Assembly: GCA_029856045.1 (NCBI GenBank)
Contig: JAHQWG010000003.1
Coordinates: 1 to 64,000, forward strand
Direction of reading: 5' to 3'
Origin: Promethearchaeia archaeon
GTDB lineage: Archaea > Asgardarchaeota > Lokiarchaeia > Sigyniarchaeales > SOKP01
DNA length: 64,000 nucleotides
Shown piece by piece: positions 58,325-64,000 of the stretch. Made by a program: the position numbers and the translations under genes. The first letter of the stretch is position 1, and the number at the start of each line of letters is the position of its first letter. The notes beneath the pieces are model-generated. The model was not told the DNA's origin, searched no databases, and was given only the letters and a program-made list of their open reading frames with translations.

Positions 58325-59638
58325 ATGGCTAAAGTTGTTAAAGAAGATGTAGTCTGTCCTTTCTGTGGGACACTTTGTGATGATATAAAAATTATTATTG
58401 AAGATAATGAGATTATTGAAGTAGATAATGCTTGTGCTATAGGAACTGCAAAATTTTACTCATCGAATGTATCAGAGCACAGATACACAAAACCTATGAT
58501 AAGAAATAATGGTAAATTAGAAGAAGCTTCTTGGGATGAAGCTCTAAATAAAGCTGCTGAGTTATTAGCAAATGCAAAAAGACCATTGTCTTATGGATGG
58601 AGCTCTACGGAATGTGATGCACAGAGAAAAGCGGTTGAATTAATAGAAATTTGCGGAGGTATTCTTGATAATACTGCCTCAGTTTGTCACGGACCTTCAA
58701 TACTTGCCATCCAAGATGTTGGTTGCCCAACAAGTACATTAGGAGAATATAAAAATCGAGCAGATTTAGTATTATTCTGGGGGAGCAATCCAGTACATGC
58801 TCATCCTAGGCATATGTCGCGCTATAGTGACTTTATTAGAGGGTATTTCAGAGTAGATGGGCGTCTTGACCGAACAATAATTGTTGTAGATCCTAGGAAC
58901 ACACATACTGCTCAAATAGCAGATATGCATATTAAAATAAATCCTGGTGAAGATTATGAGTTATTTAATGCAATAAGAGCAATTCTTCGAGGGGCAGAAT
59001 TAGATGTTAAAAAAGTAGCGGGTGTTCCTGTTAAACAAATTAAAGAACTTGTTGAAATTTTAAAATCCTGTAAATTTGGAGTATTATTTTTTGGTTTAGG
59101 TTTGACTATGACTAAAGGTAAGCATAGAAATGTAGATGCAGGAATAAGTCTTGTTAGGGAATTGAATGACCACACTAAATTTAATTTAACTCCAATGAGA
59201 GGTCATTATAACGTTTCGGGAGCAAATATTGTATTTACATGGTCAACGGGTTATCCATATTCTATAGATTTTTCAAAAGATTATCCGCGTTATAATCCCG
59301 GCGAATTTTCAGCAGTCGATATATTAAAAACAAATGATTTTGATGTTACTTTAGTCATTGCTAGCGACCCAGCAAGTAATTTTCCGAAAGATGCTGTAAT
59401 TAATATGTTAAAAAAACCTTTAATTTCCATTGAACCTCATAAAACTCCGACCTCTGAAATGGCTGATATAGTATTGCCCCCAGCAATTGCAGGGATTGAA
59501 TGCGAAGGAACGGCCTATCGAATGGATAAAATTCCATTAAGGCTACGTAAGGTAAAAAATGCTCCCGAAGGTTGTATGGCAGATGCAGAAATAGTTGAAA
59601 AATTAATTGAAAAAGTAAAGGAGTTAAAAGGTGAGTAA
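58325..59638 (+). CDS. fwdB: Formylmethanofuran dehydrogenase subunit B (Cys form)
   Basis: CPFCGTLCDD, ASVCHGPS, HAHPRHMSRYS, PMRGHYNV, GTAYRMD. Confidence 0.95.
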   Translation: MAKVVKEDVVCPFCGTLCDDIKIIIEDNEIIEVDNACAIGTAKFYSSNVSEHRYTKPMIRNNGKLEEASWDEALNKAAELLANAKRPLSYGWSSTECDAQRKAVELIEICGGILDNTASVCHGPSILAIQDVGCPTSTLGEYKNRADLVLFWGSNPVHAHPRHMSRYSDFIRGYFRVDGRLDRTIIVVDPRNTHTAQIADMHIKINPGEDYELFNAIRAILRGAELDVKKVAGVPVKQIKELVEILKSCKFGVLFFGLGLTMTKGKHRNVDAGISLVRELNDHTKFNLTPMRGHYNVSGANIVFTWSTGYPYSIDFSKDYPRYNPGEFSAVDILKTNDFDVTLVIASDPASNFPKDAVINMLKKPLISIEPHKTPTSEMADIVLPPAIAGIECEGTAYRMDKIPLRLRKVKNAPEGCMADAEIVEKLIEKVKELKGE

Positions 59639-60455
59639 AAGAATGAGTAAAATTGAATTAACGTTAAAGAAGGAACCTACTTTTTCCCTTGAAGCAGAAT
59701 CAATATCTCCAGATAACTTTAAAGGAAAAACACAAAAGGATATTGGGGCTTTGAGAGTATTCCATGGTAATGAAAAACTTTCACTTAAAGATTTTTTTGA
59801 TATTAAAGGCACGGCTGGTAATAATTTAGATGATATTGAAATTGTGGTAAATGGAAATTTGTCAAAAGTGAAAAGAATCGGGGAAAAAATGTCTGGTGGG
59901 GCAATTACAATTAATGGAGATGTGGGAATGCACGTAGGAAATACAATGAGTGGAGGTAAAATTGTAGTGAATGGTAATGCTGCGGATTGGGCAGGAGCAA
60001 TGATGGAAGGAGGTGAATTAGAAATTACGGAGAATGCAGGAAATTATGTAGGTGCTGCATATAGAGGGAATTGGGAAGGTATGACAAATGGTGTAATAAA
60101 AGTTAAAGGAAGTGTTGGATATGAATCAATGATTTGGGCTCGAGGCTCAACTCCAAAAAAAAGATTTCCCAAATTAATCTGTGGTTCAGCAGGTCAATTT
60201 TTAGGCCTTCATAATCACGGAGGTATAATTATATGCGAAGGTGATGCAGAAGCTCGAGTTGCTGCCGATCAAGCCCGTGGATTCGTTGTAGTAAAAGGAA
60301 AAATCGGGAGGATGATGCCGTCTTTTAAAAAAATTGGAGAAGTTTCGGAAATCGAACTGCCAGACGGTGAAAAGATCTCAGATAAGTTTATTGAATATAG
60401 TGGAGATCATGCAACAAGTGCAAAAACCAAAGGAAGATTATTTGTAGCAAAGTAG
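59631..60455 (+). CDS. fwdC: Formylmethanofuran dehydrogenase subunit C
   Basis: EAESISPD, VKRIGEKMSGG, GxxM-GG beta-helix repeats. Confidence 0.93.
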   Translation: MSKRMSKIELTLKKEPTFSLEAESISPDNFKGKTQKDIGALRVFHGNEKLSLKDFFDIKGTAGNNLDDIEIVVNGNLSKVKRIGEKMSGGAITINGDVGMHVGNTMSGGKIVVNGNAADWAGAMMEGGELEITENAGNYVGAAYRGNWEGMTNGVIKVKGSVGYESMIWARGSTPKKRFPKLICGSAGQFLGLHNHGGIIICEGDAEARVAADQARGFVVVKGKIGRMMPSFKKIGEVSEIELPDGEKISDKFIEYSGDHATSAKTKGRLFVAK

Positions 60456-60652
60456 TTTTCTTTTTTATTATCTTTTTATTATTATATCATTAATTTAATA
60501 CTGCTGTATTTGTTTTAGCAAATTTTTTCCTAATAAAAAAATAGTGTATAATCTTAAAATAAATAAAGAATTATATGCTTATTTATCTCCTCAAGATGTA
60601 GAACAGATGCTATCTTTTCTTTTTGAGTAAGTTTATCAAAAATTAAACAGTT

Positions 60653-62326
60653 TTATATTTTAATTAACTTAATTTTATCAGTATTTGGTTTCAATGATTC
60701 ATAGAAGATTGAGCTATATTTTTTATAAAATTCCTTTTTCTTATCCATAATTTTTTCATAATTTTGTGTATTAACTATACCTTTTGACCAAAAAAGTGCA
60801 CCTTTATGATTTAGATTTATCGTTTCACCCTGTTTTACAATAATTCCATTCTTAATCACGGTATCTATATCAGAAAAAGCTTTCTTAATCTCATCTATTT
60901 GAGAAGCAGAGTCTTTTTCTTGAAGATTTATATTTAAAATATTAATATCTGCATCTGCACCGGAGCCTAAATTTCCTTTAATATCCCCCAAGCCCAAAGA
61001 TTTAGCCGGACTTGCTCGTGTTATGATTATTAAATCATTAATGGAGAAAGTATCTTCAATATTTAAGAGTGGATTGTCTTGTTTAAAATCATGATTCATA
61101 TCATCGGTAAATTTATCCCGTATATTCTTATTTAATAACCATGAGATGATTTCCGGAATATCAGTTAAATGTGCATAATTAGGGAAATTAATTGAAAATT
61201 GCATTTTCCACTTATCTTTTATCCCTAAGGCTAGACTTAAGGCGTTTGCCCATATGGTGCAATAGTGTAAATTATCTTTTTTTAAGATTCTAAAAGTTTC
61301 AAAATGGTCTCCTTCAGATTCAATTGCACCCTTAATTATTGGGTGTGATTTAGAAGAAGTTCCGTCATATAATTGGTTAATTAACCTTCGATCAGAAGTA
61401 ATTAGAGGATTAATTGGGCAAAAATTCATAAACCCTAAATCTAAATCAAAATTATCATTTGAATTGAAAAAATTAATTAATTTAGTATTGTCGTTAAAAG
61501 AATAAGCAGATGCATGAGCTAAATGGAATATTTGAGAACGTTTAATTTTTGTTTGACCTGATTGACTTGGTGCGAGTCCTTGAGTTTTAATATCTTCTAA
61601 TACCTTAAAAGCATTTGATTGCCCTATCTCTGATTCATATCCATCAATATGAGCATGTATAGAGTGGGGTAATCCAATATTCTCAACAGTTTTTGTCATA
61701 TTTCTGAAAACATCCATTGCACTGAGATTATAAAGCCGACCACTTGTTGATAGATCATCTCTGATTTCTTTAAAATCCCATTCCTCTGCTTCGAAGGGAT
61801 TATATATCTTTAATCCAAAACCCTTGATTAGATCCAGTAAGTCAGAGATAAATACAGATAATTTTTCAATATCTCCCTTTTGATATTCCAATTCAAGCGA
61901 CCATAAATTACTGGCATTAATCAGCATTGCTTTATCTAAAATTGGAATTTGATCAAAATTGAAAATAGTTTGTTTGGCTAAGGATGGAAATACATTTGCC
62001 TCAACAATAAAAGTATATCCCTTTGAAATATATTCTTTTGTTAAATAATCCAGCGTAAGCCCATTCCAAAATTGTAAAAATTCTTTATTTTTTGAGCCTA
62101 ATAATCTGATATTATTAGTTTGTTGTGATGCGATGTGTGTATGAATATCTATCGCACCAGGGATAACTGTTTTACCACTGGCATCTATAGATTTTACATC
62201 TTTTGAATTATTGTGTTTGAATTTATCAACAATTTTTCCTGCTTCAATTAATAAATCCTTCTTTTCACCAGAAATATTATTTATCGGATCAAAAACAATC
62301 CCATTTTTTATAATTAAATTGGACAT
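60653..62326 (-). CDS. Divergent FwdA paralog (amidohydrolase)
   Basis: IIKNGIVFDP, DIHTH, KIYNP, HSIHAH, HLAH; SINFPN in place of TTDHPN. Confidence 0.85.
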   Translation of the reverse strand: MSNLIIKNGIVFDPINNISGEKKDLLIEAGKIVDKFKHNNSKDVKSIDASGKTVIPGAIDIHTHIASQQTNNIRLLGSKNKEFLQFWNGLTLDYLTKEYISKGYTFIVEANVFPSLAKQTIFNFDQIPILDKAMLINASNLWSLELEYQKGDIEKLSVFISDLLDLIKGFGLKIYNPFEAEEWDFKEIRDDLSTSGRLYNLSAMDVFRNMTKTVENIGLPHSIHAHIDGYESEIGQSNAFKVLEDIKTQGLAPSQSGQTKIKRSQIFHLAHASAYSFNDNTKLINFFNSNDNFDLDLGFMNFCPINPLITSDRRLINQLYDGTSSKSHPIIKGAIESEGDHFETFRILKKDNLHYCTIWANALSLALGIKDKWKMQFSINFPNYAHLTDIPEIISWLLNKNIRDKFTDDMNHDFKQDNPLLNIEDTFSINDLIIITRASPAKSLGLGDIKGNLGSGADADINILNINLQEKDSASQIDEIKKAFSDIDTVIKNGIIVKQGETINLNHKGALFWSKGIVNTQNYEKIMDKKKEFYKKYSSIFYESLKPNTDKIKLIKI

Positions 62327-62342
62327 TATTTTAATCTCTCTT

Positions 62343-62717
62343 TTATAAATTTTTTAATTTTTCTAATATATTAGAGATTTCTGGGACAGTCTCTTCCGTT
62401 GGCTCAACTTCAACCTCTAAATTTTTAAAAAGCATTTTATTTTTAAAATCTCCAATGATTTGATTTGCCCAAATTGATTTATTTATGTAAATCATTTCTA
62501 ATGGAATAGATTCATCCTGAACTGGCTTTAAAACAACTGAACCATAATTGGTTGTTAATTTTAAATTTACTCCAGATTTTGATACAATTTTTTTAAATGT
62601 TTCAGGGTGAATTAAACAAAGAGCGACATTTTCTTTGAGCTCTTTCTCAGATAATTCATTAATAAGGGTTTTTTGATCATATTTTATTTCGCGAATCGTA
62701 CTTAACAATAATTTCAT
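62343..62717 (-). CDS. Divergent FwdD paralog (molybdopterin dinucleotide-binding domain)
   Basis: IHPET...LTTNYGSVVL...IYINKSIWAN...FKN parallels FwdD. Confidence 0.75.
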   Translation of the reverse strand: MKLLLSTIREIKYDQKTLINELSEKELKENVALCLIHPETFKKIVSKSGVNLKLTTNYGSVVLKPVQDESIPLEMIYINKSIWANQIIGDFKNKMLFKNLEVEVEPTEETVPEISNILEKLKNL

Positions 62718-62720
62718 TCT

Positions 62721-64000
62721 TTATTCCTCCATTTTTTGTATTATCTTTTCTAGGATTTGCTCATCAGAAGACAAATTAGCTGGTGGAGCAATTAATTTTT
62801 GCAAATTCATAGGTATATTATCCATTCTATATACAAGTCCATCAGTTTCTATTCCTGCAATTGCCACGGGCAATACAACATCAGCCAATCTTGTTGTAGG
62901 GGAAATAAAACAATCAATTGCAATTATGGGCTTCTTTGCTAATTTAGAGCTCAAAGTTATCGGTAAATTAGATATTGGATCGGAAGCGACGATAATAGAC
63001 AAATCAAATTCATCATCCTTTATTTTGGAAATTAGATCTTTTTTTGGTTCGACTAGTTGGTTATTTGAAAATTCTATTTGTCCCATTTTGCCCAATAAAG
63101 ATAAAGAAACTTGGATAAAACCATTCATATTATGCCCGGTCATAGGAATAATTGAAAAACGACTTCTCTTTGAAGTTTTATTAATTAGTTCAACTAATTC
63201 AATTAATGCCTTTATAACATTTCCATTTGGATTGGAATTAATTACTCCTTGCCCAAAAAGTATTACTCCATTTTCTGAACCTTTCAAATTTAGTATGAGA
63301 CGATTTAAATCCTGTTTATCAATACCAACAAAACCATCAGCGGGTACTTCGGATTTTTCTTTTAAAATCATATCTTTTAAAAATTGAATTAACTCTAAAT
63401 CTTTACCGGGTTTTAATGGTATATACAAATCTCGGGCTCCAGCAACTCCATAAGTGGCGGTCTCTCTAGGATCAATTAAAATTAACGTTTTTATTTCTCT
63501 CCCTGTTATTCTAAATTTACCTCGTGAAAAAATTGTTCTTGTTAAAAATTTTGGATGGGATTCTGCAGCGTTAGATCCCCAAAATATAAATACATCAGCT
63601 TTATTAATACATTCATTTAATGTGGTAGAATTGAGTCCACTCTCGATAACATTCGAATAAGTTTGACCATGACAAATCGATGCATTAGAATCAATAAAAC
63701 CATTTATCTTTTTAGCAAGACGTATTCCATTTATTTGAGCTTCACAAGTTGTATTAACAAAACCGTATAAAAGTGGTTTTTGAGAAGAAATAATAATTTC
63801 CTTAACTTTATTAAGTGCCTCATCAAAAGAAACTTTTTTTAACTCACCATTCTCACGAATCAATGGTTTTTTAATGCGATTCTTTGAAGTGATTTCATTT
63901 ACTTTTTTATAGCCCTTTAAGCATAAACCATAAGTCTCGACAATTTCATTATTTTCGGATAATATGATTTGAATATCATCGCAATATAATGAGCATCCAG
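62721..64000 (-). CDS. Divergent FwdB paralog, start beyond the window edge
   Basis: Frame open to 64000 (GCSLYCDD...GLCLKG); SICHG, WGSN, GLVYRMD. Confidence 0.88.
   Translation of the reverse strand, partial: GCSLYCDDIQIILSENNEIVETYGLCLKGYKKVNEITSKNRIKKPLIRENGELKKVSFDEALNKVKEIIISSQKPLLYGFVNTTCEAQINGIRLAKKINGFIDSNASICHGQTYSNVIESGLNSTTLNECINKADVFIFWGSNAAESHPKFLTRTIFSRGKFRITGREIKTLILIDPRETATYGVAGARDLYIPLKPGKDLELIQFLKDMILKEKSEVPADGFVGIDKQDLNRLILNLKGSENGVILFGQGVINSNPNGNVIKALIELVELINKTSKRSRFSIIPMTGHNMNGFIQVSLSLLGKMGQIEFSNNQLVEPKKDLISKIKDDEFDLSIIVASDPISNLPITLSSKLAKKPIIAIDCFISPTTRLADVVLPVAIAGIETDGLVYRMDNIPMNLQKLIAPPANLSSDEQILEKIIQKMEE

Noticed and set aside
54456-59638. Selenocysteine recoding in hdrA, mvhD or fwdB (also the redoxin at 31364)
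   Set aside because: The relevant positions are Cys (DCSAC, CCNWC, CHAGDCHY, VCHG, CPIC) and the frames are uninterrupted, so no UGA readthrough or SECIS is needed.
38097-60455. Methanogenesis
   Set aside because: Fwd, Hdr, Mvh, MtrH and MfnB also occur in non-methanogens; no mcr or membrane mtr genes are in the window.
714-63660. Short antisense or nested ORFs in the track (e.g. 714..992, 29961..30344, 38504..38929, 62926..63387)
   Set aside because: They lie within well-supported genes on the other strand or frame and show no motifs; treated as shadow ORFs.
1-64000. CRISPR array, tRNA or rRNA genes
   Set aside because: Repeats found are only two-copy tandem units without spacers, and no GC-rich structured RNA segment was recognised in the intergenic gaps.

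Overview
AT-rich archaeal chromosomal window whose gene content points to an Asgard archaeon of the Lokiarchaeia type (inference from Rag/Arf-like GTPases with roadblock and longin domains, an archaeosortase, eL13, and an Fwd/Hdr/Mvh set). The left part (6.3-18.4 kb) holds three Rag-type GTPases, a Zn-ribbon-roadblock protein and a longin-wHTH protein. Two of the GTPases carry an N-terminal uDENN/longin-like domain. One of these keeps a FLCN/SMCR8-like 'YDPEARG' arginine-finger motif and its paralog lacks it, which is the strongest candidate for a novel system. The middle holds housekeeping and metabolic genes, plus three tandem membrane beta-helix acyltransferase modules joined by an A21 tract and an apparent ACG start. 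The right part is an mvhG-fwdA-hdrC / hdrB-hdrA-mvhD-fwdGFDBC cluster. It is interrupted by about 11.6 kb containing an MFS transporter, an mglA-like pseudogene, a two-component system and a gene run encoding flavoproteins, Fe-S proteins, MfnB and an atypical tungsten AOR. A convergent, catalytically altered second fwdB-D-A set runs off the right edge. No rRNA, tRNA, CRISPR array or transposase was recognised. All family assignments come from motif recognition by eye, not database searches.
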